In this document: in pieces, positions 38,661-52,609 of the stretch
How the letters are laid out: each line of letters starts with the position of its first letter
How positions within the stretch are numbered: position 1 is the stretch's first letter
Origin: Antedon mediterranea
Taxonomy: Eukaryota; Animalia; Echinodermata
Assembly (NCBI RefSeq): GCF_964355755.1
Contig: NC_092671.1
Location: 8,680,001 to 8,744,000, forward strand
Direction of reading: 5' to 3'
DNA: 64,000 nt
Notes under the pieces: generated by a model
What the model was told of the DNA's origin: nothing
What the model saw: only the letters and a program-made list of their open reading frames with translations
The model's database searches: none
Translations under genes and position numbers: made by a program

Positions 38661-41600
38661 TAACAGGTATTTTCTAGAAAGGAAAAATACTTTATTCACT
38701 TTAAGCAGTTATTTATTTATTTTTCTATAGTTTACACAGTAAAAACATTCAGTTTATGTTTATAAAAATAAATCCTTCCTCATATAAACTGTCATTTGAC
38801 AGTACTTTACATAGTACAAAGCAGGTGTTACTGTAGTTGTGTGGATGATATACGAGGTAAGATATATGAAACCAGGTTGTACAAGAAAAAAGTGGGAAAG
38901 TTATGATCCTCTTGACATGCAAAGAATGTCAGAAGTTGTAAGTTGGCTGAAATTCAAAGCATGAAATAAGTCTAGAAACTTGAACTTTGTTTGTACAGTA
39001 CCAACAGTAAAGAACTGATTGATTTTGGAAACAACATGTTCAGTACCAGGCTTTGTACATAAAAACTAAAGATGATGGCATTCATGTTTGCAGTATTCAA
39101 TAACAAATTAAAAACATTATTGACTAGCTGTGTTTACGAAGTACCAAGTACCAAGTATTTTCAATCCAAATAATATCCAATTTACAACCGAAAGTGCTTG
39201 TATGATCATAGTCTCTTACATTATTTTAGTATAACTTTAATATAACACGCACCTTCACTACAACTAAACTCTACCTTCCCACTACAGTGCCCACATACAG
39301 TAGCTAGTAGTAGTTTGAATGCTAACCAAATTATGAGATAATGCGATTTTTTTCTTTTAATTCTTAAAAACACTTAGAAATTATTAATTTAATACATAAA
39401 ACACACATACATTCATGCATACATACATGTCAACCCCATTATTGCAATAACAAATTTAGAATTTCTTTTACACACATTATTGTAGTATGCCAGACACGTT
39501 CGAGAATAAATTGATAGGTGTTATAAGGTATTTGTAATGAACATTATAGACAGAGAATTAAATCTTAAATTGAAAATGCATGCCTGAGTGAAGAAGAACT
39601 TTATTGTTTCTGTTTTAAATCCGAATACAGTACGTGTTAGGATGAAGAGCTAAAAAAATATGTTTAATATTAATTGAATACATGGTATAGTAAATAATAT
39701 TGTAACCCTGTAATTCTGGTTGTAAAAAGCATGTTCATGAAAAGGAGTATTAAAGTTTGCAATACTTATAAATAGAGTTTATATAAAGGTTAGAGTGTGA
39801 ACTTAATGTCTGAAAATAGAAACTTTTAGACTTGAGTGAACGTGAACAAAGTTCACGTCCACATGGGTCTTAGTCGACTGTTACTCGTCAACAGATATAT
39901 AGATTAAGTGGACATTGACATGCCAGTAAACGTATGACGTAATAACCATGGGATCATCTGACCTTGTAATCTCTAGTAGCGCTCTCGCCATGGAATGTTT
40001 TCACCGTTCTGGTCCGGTGGAAGTGTACATGCCTAGGCCAGGCTAAGTGTGTAACTTAGGCCTAGCCTAGATCCCTAATTATCTGAAATGGCACTTAACA
40101 AGTGCTTTGCTTGTCGATGCGCCAGTCGTCTAGCCCAGTTCAGACTCTAGATTATTCTTTGGCAATACCCCAGACTCCCATTGGTATAGTGATAGCTTGT
40201 CTATCAACTGGGAAGTTGAAACAATGTTTCACACATATATATAGCTTTATTCACACATGTAGGCCAGACAGTGTGAATCAAGGACTATTTGCTGTGAATA
40301 TCCTCCTTCAATATACAAAGCACATTACACTACTATCACTCTAATGAATAATGATGAGCTCAGCGATCATAAAATATTAAAAAGTTTATAATTCAGTTTG
40401 TAATCTGAGCTGGAGCCTAGGGGATTGTCATTTCCACAGTAGTTTCAGCTTTCTCATTGATTTCAACAGGAATACTTAATGGTAATCTGAACCACAGATG
40501 TTACCCAATATATTACTGAAAATAATACAATAATGCAGTTACACATAGTTATCACATAGTTACTACAGTAGGTAGGGCTCAATTTTGTTTAGTTTAGACC
40601 AACACTGATCTCACCTTGCTTAGATAGTCCTCTGATCTTATGTCTGCTGCGACAAATAACAACAGTACTGTTGTATACCTACTCTCCGCGGCATGCAGTG
40701 AGCTATAAAGGGGTAGGAACCGGTCTTGTCGCAGCAATAGATAAACCCTTTGATTTTCGGAGTTGAGCAACCTGTTGCTAGATTGTTTTGCTTAGACTAG
40801 TAGTAGTACCTGAAAATCATTTAGTGGGCGATGAGTACAGAATTCAGGCTTATTATAAAGTTAGCAGGATTCACTAAAATGGGCGAGGGTGAGTGTAAGG
40901 AAGCCAAAATCATTTAAAGGGCTAATATTCATGAAAGTGGATATATGGTTTGTTAAGGGTATAGAGAGAGGTGTTGAATTTTATACTTTTTAAGTATATC
41001 TCGCTCTTCGAGAAAAATATGGCATTGTCAATTTATCCAGGTAAGCTAGGCACGAAATAGACCATATTGGTGATATCCTTTTAAAAATTGTAGAGATTCA
41101 TTGTTAAATATGAAAATTCACTCCTGAACCTTAAAAATATTATATTAACACGTTTACATTCGATACAGTTTTAAAATATCTAACTATATAGTATTAGAAA
41201 ATCGAATTGAAATAAAAATAAAATGAATTTCTAAAATATTGGTTACTCATGAATTTTTCATAGAAATATATCTTCATTCTTTTTAATATTAAATTACTAT
41301 CTTTCTTTTGTTGTTTTTCTATTTTGCTTCCTTTTTGTAACAACACAAAAGCAGCCATTTCTATAGCACAATGAATAATACAATATGTTCATGGTAGGTA
41401 TATCTTTATGTGTTTACTTACTGTATACTATATGCATAACAATAGATTTAATTAATATTGAAAATAATATAAAAGCACGAAGGATTCACATGTAATTTTG
41501 TACTTTTTTTCTATTATTGATTTATACTACATACTTTATAATAGATGTTAGAAGAGAGGATTGCTTTAATATTGATTTTGCTATGTATTATCTTTTTAAC

Positions 41601-42791
41601 TTCTTTTGATGAATGCATTATTGTTTTATTTAACAAAACATGTTGAATATTGAATCAATAATTTTATCATCTTTATTTTTATGAGAAGTTGTATAGCTTT
41701 CTTTTATTAAAAAAAGTATAAAGGACTTATCATACTGTACATTATTTTTATTCGCTGGCTAGAATACAATAGATCCAGCCTTCAATACTGCACAATGTCA
41801 TAATTACTGTTCTGATAACATGTACTTCTGTCATTTGATTGGTTAATTTCAGGTCATGTGCTGTTCATTATTAGTTCTAATGCACGTAATAGTTCTACTA
41901 AATAGTTCTGTTGCATGTTCAGCTTTTTGCAGACATTTTTTTTTACATACTCCTCTTCTGAAAGATATACCAGATGTGTCAAGGAGAGCCATTATATGGT
42001 TGTAGTTTACAGGGGTCTTTGCCTAAACCACACTCTACTTTCAAAATATACAGTAGTGTGTATTAACATGTAGGAGAAATATAATAATTTAAGCTAATTT
42101 AGGGGGTAGTCTTTTAAGATGGTACCAAGGGAAATGTTGTTAAATTATACATCTGAGAATAAAAGAAGGAACAGAATAGGACTAATTCAAATCTACAGTA
42201 AGTGGTAATTCCATATGAAAATGAAAAACGGTGTGTATTATACTTGCTTTACAGGCCTATTTGATGTATGGTATTTGAAATCTGTTGAATTCCTTCATAC
42301 ATACAGTAGAGCAGGCTGGTCCCAAATACCCTCAGGGTTAAGAGAAGCTGTCACACAAAGCTGTTGCCACTGGTGAACTTTGTTATGAAGAATAGCACAT
42401 TGGTCTTGAGTTGAAAAATGGAATTATAGACATAACTAATAAGTTTTATTTTAGTAATAGTAGTGCATAGGTCTACAAGAAGAGAATTAAAAAAACGTAA
42501 TGCTTCATGTGACATAAAACATGGCACACATGAGAGTTACACGGTCAGGATTTTGCTCAGTGAAATATGGTGCACAATGTTCTAAAATTATACGCACAAG
42601 AGGTTTTTTAGCACAGTTGATATTTTTTAGTGATGAATTAATCGCATTGACGCAATATTGTGTACAGTGCGTATGAAAGGCACCTTAGTATCAGAACCTG
42701 CACAAAATATTAAGCTATTCTAGTCAACATGCTTAGCTGGAAGAAAAAACGAATTCTGAGGACTAATCAGGACACATTAGGACACATCTTA

Positions 42792-43233
42792 AGCCCTGTC
42801 TGCACTATCAAACTTTATGTGACAAGAAAATGTCATGTACCCATACATGGACATGATGATGCTGTCATATTTCATTTCATTATTTATTTGGTCTATTTGA
42901 GTAAAAAACATAACAAAAAAAACTGAAATTGGGGAGACCAGGGTCAACCTAAGTGAACTGTAGCTGAGCTGGTTGACCCAACCCCAAAGTCAGTTTACAC
43001 ATAAAAGACAAAAAGACAAAATACAGTTACAGCGAATCAAAATGAATATGAACTTTTCTAATGAAAGCTGATGGGCTTTCTAGGACTGCAGCATCAGTCA
43101 ACGGTCTGGGAAGCTGGTCCCAGACACGGGGTAACCTGATTGCAATAGAATGGAAAAAAAGCCTGATTTCACTACCATATTTTGGCACATCACACTTGTT
43201 TTGTCACAATAATTTAATAGTGTAGACACACCT
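42792..43233. mobile_element. MITE family A copy interrupted by a LINE fragment
   Basis: TTA|AGCCCTGTCTGCACTATCAAACT ... AGTGTAGACACACCT|TTA; the halves rejoin when 42875-43165 is removed. Confidence 0.82.
42875..43165 (-). mobile_element. 5'-truncated CR1/L2-type LINE 3' end
   Basis: Minus strand FFHSIAIRLPRVWDQLPRPL...SPSAFIRKV* resembles the LWNxLP C-terminus; AAAT-type tail; candidate TSD ATTTCA. Confidence 0.7.
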
Positions 43234-45231
43234 TTAAAGTGTTCATTTGAATCCATAAAACAATGTTTATCAAAGCACTATACTTGTTCTACATTACAAT
43301 AGAAATTAATTGATTATATAAACTTAGCTAGACATAAATATTTATTCTTCAACAATAAAAATTAATGATATAGACAGCTGCAAACAAAAAAATATAACAA
43401 GAATGATTGAAATATACATAATAACAATAACATTGGTGGCAAGTGACATTAAACCATAGACATTGTAGGTTGCCCTTTATATGACAACATGTAATGAGAA
43501 AAACCATAAGCCAAATTTTTATGAATAAATAAATGTATGAATATAAAATTTATTTTTCACATGGTTAATTTTAAATTCTTTTGTTATAAACAGGTGTTAA
43601 AGTCAGCTTCAAATGTTAATTAGTATCATAGGAGAAAACACAAATGGATTTCTAAAATATGGAAGAAAGAAACAGGTTTTGTATACTGTACTGTATTGGT
43701 TTGTTTTGAGCTCTGGGAGAACAGTCCAAACAATGAAAAAAAAACAAAGAAATCAGGGTATTGTTAAAGTTTGAAAACCATGTGAAAACCTCCTCCAATC
43801 AGAACTACAGAATAAAGGATACATTTTCTAATAGTTTACTAAAGTCAGTGGTTACTGCATCGGTTTGTTTTGAGAGTTGTATTGGGCTCTGGGAGAACAG
43901 TCTAAACAACAAAATTTTCTAATACTGTAGAAGGAGAAATTTTCTAATAGATGTACCAGTTTTACTTTAGTCAGTGGTTTCTGGTCTTTAAAGACTAGTA
44001 GCTTGTATAGGGACCACTGTTATTTGCTTTGAATAAATATATAAATAAAAAATAGATAATTAAATAGAAATATAGTATAACAATATTAGAATCCAGCTTC
44101 TACAGCTTTACGTTTCACTGTAAAATGACTATTACTGATTAAAGTAATAACGCTTATTATAAGACAAACAGATGGTGTTGATAATTAAGTAGTATCACTG
44201 CTATGGAGAATTCGACGGCCGATTTTTAAAAATCAAATCCTTTATAAATAGAATGACTGATTCACCGACTCAGGCTTGCACAGATTTAATATTGTATTGT
44301 CCGTTGAAAATGAATTAATAAATTATCTTGAACCGACAATCACTTCTTAAAGCATTGCTGTTATAAATAATAATAATAATAATGGGTTTTTCAAATTTGA
44401 ATATGGAATATTATAGTATGAGTGCGACTCCAAGAGAGTAAACACAATTTAACAATTTGATGTTTCAGTCTATTTGGCTTATCTCATATTATACTGTATA
44501 CAAATTTGGAATACTATGGTGTAAAAATATCCGTACCGCATGTTATTTACAATAATACTACATTATGGTCAAGTTTTTAAAAAACATTCATTCAACATTA
44601 CTTTTTATATGGGTGTCATGTCAATAAATATATTCAATAAAGGGGAGAGATCTTGTAGGAAAAATTGGGATGATGTGAGCACTTCCAATGTATTGATGCT
44701 GACTGCTTGTTATTTATAAGGTCTCACCATCCTCTCCTGTCTCTACCAAATATCATTTCATTAAATGTTTTATGTGTACCAAACATTTACTCATTTAAAT
44801 TCCTTGAAATTGTTATTATTTAACAACGTATTGCATTACTTATTTTCTTCTACCTAAAATCTGACATTTAAAATCTCATCATGTGCCTTGATTAAAAAAT
44901 ATCTTCACAAACACAGTCCCATGAATAAAGAACATTCAACAAAGTGCTTTTATATATCGATAGCTATTATCTAATTATCAAACGTTTATTGATAAATGTT
45001 GAAGTGTCTAAACGAAAAACGAGCTTAATGCTGTTTACATGACAAGAATACAAATCAAATACATTCTTGATTTGATATGTACTTGAATGGTTATGAAATT
45101 TATCATGTTGAACACAAAGAGCATGTTAGACATAATTCACACAAAGTTAGTGTAAATAATGTGTACTGTGTAGAGATAGCGTCGTAAAATAGTTTGTGTC
45201 ATGATATGAGTGCAGTAGGTCCATTTGATTT

Positions 45232-45790
45232 GATAATAATAATAATAATAAACAGTATTTATATAGCGCCTAATGGATCACTGACCCCTCTAGGTGCTTT
45301 ACATAGGACCTTAACTAATGGTAATAAACTATCCCCCGCCGGACACCATTCCGGTATTTCTTAGTCGAGGTTTCGGGGATGGAGACAATCAATAATGTGA
45401 AAAAAAAAAATGTAACAAAGCTTAACTATGCTTAACTAAGGTAAAACTATCCCCCGCCGGACACCATCCCGGTATTTCTGAGTCAAGGTTTCGGGGCCAA
45501 TGGTGGGTAGAACATATTTACTGGGTGAAGGGGCATGGTTCAAATGAGGAATATAAATATAACAAAATAAGGTTGTCAATAAAATCCTGGTAGTAGTCAA
45601 TGTGTGTTTTGAATGTAGCCTCATCTGAAACAGTAAATCACAAAAACCAACAGTGGTATTGGTAGTCTTACTGGATAAACCGAAAATAATCATCTCTCTA
45701 CGAAAAGAAAAAAATCTGTTAAGCACCCCTATAAATCAGGTATTCCCACCAGCAGCCAAATTGTCATCCGTGAGCATCATCCTACAAAGT
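45232..45790 (-). mobile_element. Non-LTR retrotransposon 3' fragment with (ATT)n tail and internal ~70-bp direct repeat
   Basis: Tail ggcgctatataaatactgtttattattatt on the minus strand; repeat aactatcccccgccggacaccat(t/c)ccggtatttct at ~45327 and ~45445; remnant peptide FSFRREMIIFG. Confidence 0.5.
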
Positions 45791-47765
45791 TTCTTACTAT
45801 AGTTCTTAATTTTCTACTTAGTATGCGATATTGGGCAAAGAAAAAATAGAACATACGCACAGAGAAATCTTATTCTCATGGTTACAGTAAAAAAGAATAG
45901 CCAGTATAAAATTGTTAAAAGAATCCCATTAGACAAAAGACTGATGATAAATGGTATGAATTTTATAACAAATAAATTTTAATTTAATAACAAAATAAAT
46001 CTATTTTTAAGTGTCAAAAGCATTTACCATTAGGTTCTAAAGATATTTAATTGGATTTGTATTGAACTACAAAATTAATATTCCTCAAGGTTGCTCATAG
46101 ATTTTAGTTTTTTTCAAATAGATTATAGACACATAATATTTTTAATGGAAAGAAAGAATATTTATATTGTATTTAGTTATTAGAGATAACTATGAGTGTT
46201 GATTAATAATATTTTAAAGAATCAAAAAACATAATTTAAATGTTTAAAATGTTTAATCTACATCTATATCTCTCCTTTTAAAAGGACTATTTTGTTTGAA
46301 ATTAAAAAAAATGCTTATGGAATTTGTTTTATATCAAAATACCATATTTCTTTAAAATTAGATAATGATTTAATAATGAATAAAATTTAGCAGTTCTTTC
46401 ATGCAGTGAATCTAATCGCACAATTTAGGGCATTTATCTAAAAATACTACATTCTTAACCAAATCGATTTACAGTTAGAAGAAAATCTATGATTGGAGAT
46501 ATGATCATAACTGTCATGTTACTAGAGTTTTAACACTCTGATAGAAATCGTCTAACACCTTGACTTCCTGATAATCAGACAAGATATTTATTTTCATTTT
46601 GTAAAAAAAAGATAATATTCTTTGATTTTGGTTGCATTTTCATTTTGGATAAGTAAGATCTACTGTTATACAGCAGGGTTTGATCGGAACTGGTTCACTG
46701 AGGTGAAAATTAGGATACTACTGGTGGAGTAGTGCAGTTTTACTGTATTCGTCATATATGATGAAAATCTCCAGTTTGAGGATAATCCCACACATAACTT
46801 ATGCTAAATTCAGAGACAAAATCCATCCAGTAAAATCCTACCAACGGTTTGCACTATTCTATGTACAGTAAGTACCCTAACTTTAGTCACCATGCTCATA
46901 TACGGCAGAAACAGACAGCATGCAAAAGTGATACGGTGTGAACCACCGATCTGTTCTCCAAAACTACATAAATTAGGAAATAACGTAGTTATTGAGTTCA
47001 CACTAAAATTTGTTAAATCTAGTTCAGACATTTCATTAATGTACAGCATACTACAGTACTAAACTGTACTGTAGTGTCATTTGAAACAAATTAATAATCA
47101 ATATACAGTACTGTTAGTGCTCTCACCAACATTTATTTTAACACAACTAAACAATGACACAATGTTGGTTTTTGGTACAAAATGTGTGAACTTTGGATAC
47201 AGTATTCCTGACTACTGTTAAATATAGACCCTGGTTAGTTACCATACAGGATGGAGTTTAGCGTACACCACTGACAAATTGTATGTCTGTACAGTGAGTC
47301 AGTGTTTTTGTGTACAATGCTGAATCGCATTAACTGTGAAAAACAGTATATCCACCATCTTTTTTCACCGTCTAAGGAGTCACCAGACATCTTATTATCC
47401 ATTAGGTTAACTACCTAACTACTGAAAAAAAGTCTTTCTGGTTTTTATGGAAGAATCTTGCCAAATTTTGTATTTGACCATATTAAGGGAAATTCATGTT
47501 TTTTTCATCTTGATTTCTGTTACAAATATTTGATTATGTACAATTAACCAAATATTATATTTAAAATTCATGCCTGTACCTGAGCTTTAAGGGAAGAAGC
47601 ACCACACAACTTCCATTGTAACAATAAGCATTTCCCTGTGTCTGAATACACTTGTTTCTTATTCTGTGGTTTATACTTGACCTCAAAATCGCACACCATC
47701 CGCACCTGTGTGAACATACTGTAGGATAAATGTTTTTAAAGTATAAATAGAATAAAATACATTAC

Positions 47766-48145
47766 CTGAAAGTGAGTGTACAAAGTGGCCTATATGACTT
47801 ATGACTCATATTATCTTGCATGGACTTTCCCCAAAAATCATTGTGAAAAATGTTACTTAAAGGAGTCGATGGTCGAACATCATCATTGTTCTTTATCGCA
47901 AAGATATCATCATGAACTAGTCCTCCATTAAAACTATTTACGTAACAAAATAATGCGGCAAGTAACACTAGAAACTGGTAGACGGTGAACGAACAATCTG
48001 GCAAGCAAAAACTGGACTGGATTACGTTTGAACTACAGCACATGGTTTGAGGTTTTATCTTAGTTCCTCTGCGATGAACACGATTATTATTGTTGTTGTT
48101 ATTGTTATTATTTTGCATGATGTTTGGTCGCTTGTGAACCGCCAT
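47766..48145 (-). CDS. TMTC1: TMTC1-like protein O-mannosyltransferase, coding exon 1
   Basis: ATG at 48145 (MAVHKRP...). Contains CYVNSFNGGLVHDDIFAIKNNDDV...NDFWG...SHKSYRPLCTLTFR, the GT-C luminal HDD motif and SHKSYRP signature of TMTC proteins. Donor AG|GTAAT at 47765, phase 2. Confidence 0.93.
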
Positions 48146-48282
48146 ACTTGTTAAGAGATCTGACACTCAAAATGTCAATGATAAAATAAGATGTCTAATT
48201 TTCCAGACAGTGTTCACCAATGTTTATTAAGCAACACACAATTACCAAATTTGCAATAAAACATCTTGATGACAATTAAGAT
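48146..48282 (-). other. 5' UTR part of the first coding exon of TMTC1-like gene
   Basis: Strong acceptor gtttttttttcag| at 48284-48283 upstream of the ATG implies an upstream non-coding exon. Confidence 0.6.
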
Positions 48283-48749
48283 CTGAAAAAAAAACAAAGT
48301 GGTTGCAAATATTTATGAACACTGATAAATCACTGTCTATAATTGGTACAATGTTGCAATTTATTCTGTAGCATCAGAAATTCTTTTCTTCATTTAAATA
48401 GGTCTGTCAAAAATAGATATCAAATACTAGATAGCCTAGATTTAGTAGTATATTTTAGCTGTCAAAAGTGGGAAGCATACATACATATCTCTAGACTCCT
48501 GTCTTTATAAAAATCGAGATTTAAATAATAAACAAAACAAGTCACAATATAACTGTATGCATCTTTACTTCTAAACAATACATAAGATGACGTCATAAGC
48601 TACCCCGGGAATCCATTGGTATTCAAAATAGGTGTACCGCCTGTGGCTGAAGTATCAAAGTGGGTCATTCGTGCATGGTCAGCAGTGCCAAACCAAATCA
48701 ATTTACAACCCCGGAGGCTTAGCTATCGCCGTACGTACGCTTGACTCAC

Positions 48750-49000
48750 CTTGAAATTCTAGGGTATGTGCTAAAGAGTCACACACAAGAAAATCTACAT
48801 CAATATACCTTGTTTCTTTAGTTTTACTACTGTAGATGATATCGGCCTTCAAATCCCTTACCTCTTTATTTACAGCATATCATACCGAGTTCCACACAAT
48901 CACCATCCATCCACCACCGCTGTGACACCTTTGAAACTGAACGTGTTTGTTTACATTTTTTATTTACATGCCAGGTAGTGCGCCGCCAACGTTTACTATT
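48750..49000 (-). promoter_or_regulatory. Candidate non-coding first exon / promoter region of TMTC1-like gene
   Basis: Consensus donors AAG|GTGAGT (48749) and GAG|GTAAGG (48861); locally higher GC/CpG; perfect CRE TGACGTCA at 48588-48595. The TSS cannot be determined from sequence. Confidence 0.4.
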
Positions 49001-49270
49001 GAGAACTAACTTTCTGTTGTTGTAAGTATACGTATCACACATGTGTGTACATGATGTATAAATACGTCGTCGGTACTTTTGACCTGCTTATTCTTATAAT
49101 TTATAAGAGTATTCAACATTTAACAATATATGAACACGGAGGACGCATTTTATTAAGTGGTGTTAGGATATAATATAAGAATTAATAAGGTAGTATACCG
49201 TATGTATCAACATGCAACAGAAAATAAAACAAAACCTACTAAATATTAAGGCCTCTGCTATTATTCATTT

Positions 49271-51551
49271 CGTCGTCGGCATCACGAAGTGACACTAACC
49301 TAAAAATCTGGAATTTTTGAAAAATTTTTTTCTTCCATATTTTGATTATGTATATCAAACTCTATGTTTTCACAAAATCTAAACATTCAAATATCATTAA
49401 TTAACTAATTACATTAATTAGACAATATCAAAAAACACCCTCATATGGAATTTGCGTTTTTACGAAGTGACACTATTTATTAAATACCCGTATGTGCTGC
49501 TTGGGAGTGCCACACTGGTAATGAATTTTGCGCGTTTGTTTACTGTTTTGGCCTAGGCTACAGCCTAGCTAGGAGGATCTGGACGCACACTCCACAACAT
49601 TGCATTTTCTCAAGAAAGACGGTAAGTTAATTAGTTTATTTAAAGAATTGTAGTCCGCTCATGTATCCCGAATGTCGAGGCCTATTATATATTTATTTTA
49701 TAATTAATATAAAACAGTAATTTGACACACTTTTAGCCTACTACTAGCTAGGCATAGTAGGTAGGCCTAGGCCTATTACTTTACTGTGACGTTTAGGCAT
49801 AGCTAGCTTGCCCAGATCTACCTAGGTTAGCATCTGGCCTGGCGTACATTATATGGTTATTTGGCCTAGTTAGTTAGGTCCTCTAAGCCTAGCCTAGGCC
49901 TAACAAACTAGAGTATGCGTAGGCCTATGCCCAGGGAATAGTAGTAGTAGTAGTAGTAGTAGTACTACTACTACTTGGCTAGAGTAGACTCTTTAGCTAG
50001 GCTAAACTACTCTGCTTGATTTTTAACAATAAGAAATCACTGTTATTTTTAAAACGTGTTTTTTTTTCAGAACAGTTTCAAGAAAATAAGATAAGGGGGA
50101 ACAACCGAAATTCGATCAACAAGCAATCTATCTACACCAATTTAAGGGAGAAGGTATCAAGTTCAAGGTTTAAAAATGGGGGAGGTGTATGTAGGCAGCC
50201 TGTAGCAAGTGTTTATGTTATATGAGCATTTTAGATGATGTGTACATCACAGAACAATGGATTGAATAAATTAAAAAGCCTACTGGTAATAAAAAAAAAA
50301 AAGAATGTAACGACATTGATTAAGTATTTAATGATTTATAACAATAGAGAATAATTTTTGATATAAATTAATACTGGCTGAAGTACCAATTGTATTACTG
50401 AATTATTAATCGTTCAATGTTGAAAAAATAAATAATATTTAATAATATGGAAAAAAAAATATGAATAAAAAATATGAATATGTACATTATGCTTACTGTA
50501 CATTCCAGATAGGCCTATTTATATGTCTATGTAATTTTATATTTTTATTAAAAGTGTTTAAGTAGGTCAAACTATGTTTTTAGATTTATTTGATGTGGTT
50601 GTTTTATTTATAAATAACCTAACCCTTTCTACACTATCAAACTAGTTTGACAAAAAAAGTTTGATGTGCCCAAATATGGAGTGATATTATGCCATTGTGT
50701 CCATATAAGCACATCAAATTAATGTTGGTCACATTAAGTTTGATTTTATTTATTTCAACAATATTTTACTAGGGTGGTCCTTCCAGGCGAAGGTGATCAT
50801 TAGATAGAGAGAACCTCACAAAAATGCAATTTAAAAAGACAATAACATACAACAATTAAAAATTAAATAAAAATAAATAGAATTTATGAAAACTAACAAA
50901 CTAAAATAATAGAAAAATGAATAGAATCAAAAGGGAAATCAATGAAAACAATACATTAAATGGCCATCTCAGAGGAGATGGCCATGTAATAAATAAGGAA
51001 GAGATGGTTCTTGAGCAAAAATTTGATGGAAATGGAAGATGAAGCAAGTCGGGTAGTGCAGGCAGGGCTTAAAGGAGACATGCATGTTTGTAATGTATAT
51101 ATAATAGTGTTCACTTATCAAGGACCATACATAATTGTTATGATGTAAGATAATTGCATTGGAAAGCTATGAATTACACAGTAGTGTCACTTCCAACGCA
51201 CTAGAAATACGCGGTGAAATCGAATTTGCGGTTTCACGAAGTGACACTAACTGCGGTAGTGTCACTTCGTAAGCGTAAACTACGTAGGGAAATGAATTTT
51301 TCGGTTTCACGAAGTGACACTAAAGTTTAACTTTAATTTACTTGGTAATTAATTAATATGATTAAAATTGAATTAAAGTAATGGGTAGCTGGATTGTCTA
51401 ACTTTATATGTATGTAAATTAAAAATCTTAGTGACATTTTTTTGAGGACGAAATCATGTGTTTTGTGAAGCTCGTTTCTTCAATCGCGTTTTTCTCGAAA
51501 CGCTGTTTTTATCAATTACGCGGTTAGTGTCACTTCGTGGTGTCGACGACG
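49271..51551. mobile_element. Non-autonomous DNA transposon, Sola1-like (~30-bp TIR, 4-bp TSD ATTT)
   Basis: ATTT|CGTCGTCGGCATCACGAAGTGACACTAACC ... GGTTAGTGTCACTTCGTGGTGTCGACGACG|ATTT; internal copies of ACGAAGTGACACTA. An AWWT TSD is characteristic of Sola1; the family call is inferred. Confidence 0.8.
50621..51069. mobile_element. MITE family A copy, inside the Sola1-like element and itself interrupted by a LINE-like 3' fragment (~50745-51053)
   Basis: ctacactatcaaactagtttgac...gtttga[insert]tagtgcaggcagggct|taa. The insert reads SSISIKFLLKNHLFL on the minus strand and has an AAAT tail. Confidence 0.75.
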
Positions 51552-52402
51552 ATTTATACGCGGGTAATTATTCATAATGGGCGGCAAATATCTGAATTGT
51601 GAGTGATTTACTTGTTAGGTTCTTATCGGCAAGCCGGTGTACCTTGATCATTGATTTTCTCATGGCTTTATGCAAGTGTGATAATAAATTTATCACACAT
51701 CGCTAGATCCGTATAATTTATTAAAGCCCCAATCATGTTTCGTTCTCTATGGGGATCCGCGGCGCGGCATGGGAGACAGCTACAGATTCACTAAAGCATT
51801 AAAAGCCGTCCTTGTCTTGTAACGGTATTGTAAATGTATGTCCGATACCGGTACTAATTCGTCTATCGATACTATTGTGTGTGATGATGATCTAACCTCG
51901 GAATTTCCTAATTTAAGTCTCCACGTGGATGACATTATATATTCTTCTCACAGTTTTACCGGGTCTGGTTAATGTTGGAAAGTTTGGTTTTGGTAAAAAG
52001 ACCGAGGCGTTTAAACAGGTAGAGAGAAGAGAACGATTCGATGTGATGACTAATTGAGTCATTTTCGTACTTTAAAAAAAAATTCTTTGTACAATATTGC
52101 GGTACGATTTGCAATATACAGCATGCCAATGTTTTCTGATTCAGTACCGCAACAAATTTAGCCTTCAATACAGACAACATGAAACAATGACGAAGGAATT
52201 AGCTTATTAACATGTCTATCCCTCTAAGCAATCGCTTTAATTAGTTAATATTTTGATAGATCATACTATTTTTGAAATCCCTCATGCATCCCTTTCACAC
52301 AGGTAGAACGTCGCCATAAAATCGACTATAGAACACATTCCCTGTCAATGGTGCGTGTGTTTGATTGTTTCTTTTACTGGCCTTTTGATGTTAGCGCCTT
52401 AA

Positions 52403-52561
52403 AGCTCTGTCTACACTATCAAACTTTATATGACAAAACAATGTGATGTGCCAATATATGAACATGAAGTCATATCTCTACCATATTTAAGCATATCACT
52501 ACATATTTGGGAACATCACACACATTTTTTGTTAGACTAGTTTAATATTGTAGACAGAGCT
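52403..52561. mobile_element. MITE family A copy
   Basis: TAA|AGCTCTGTCTACACTATCAAACT...GTAGACAGAGCT|TTA. Confidence 0.88.
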
Positions 52562-52609
52562 TTAGACCACTGTTGCATGCCTCATCAGCTCTCTGATGGT
52601 GATTTATTT

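Noticed and set aside
48146-48166. ORF-track start MSDLLTS for TMTC1
   Set aside because: It starts at GTG under a prokaryotic rule; the first ATG is at 48145.
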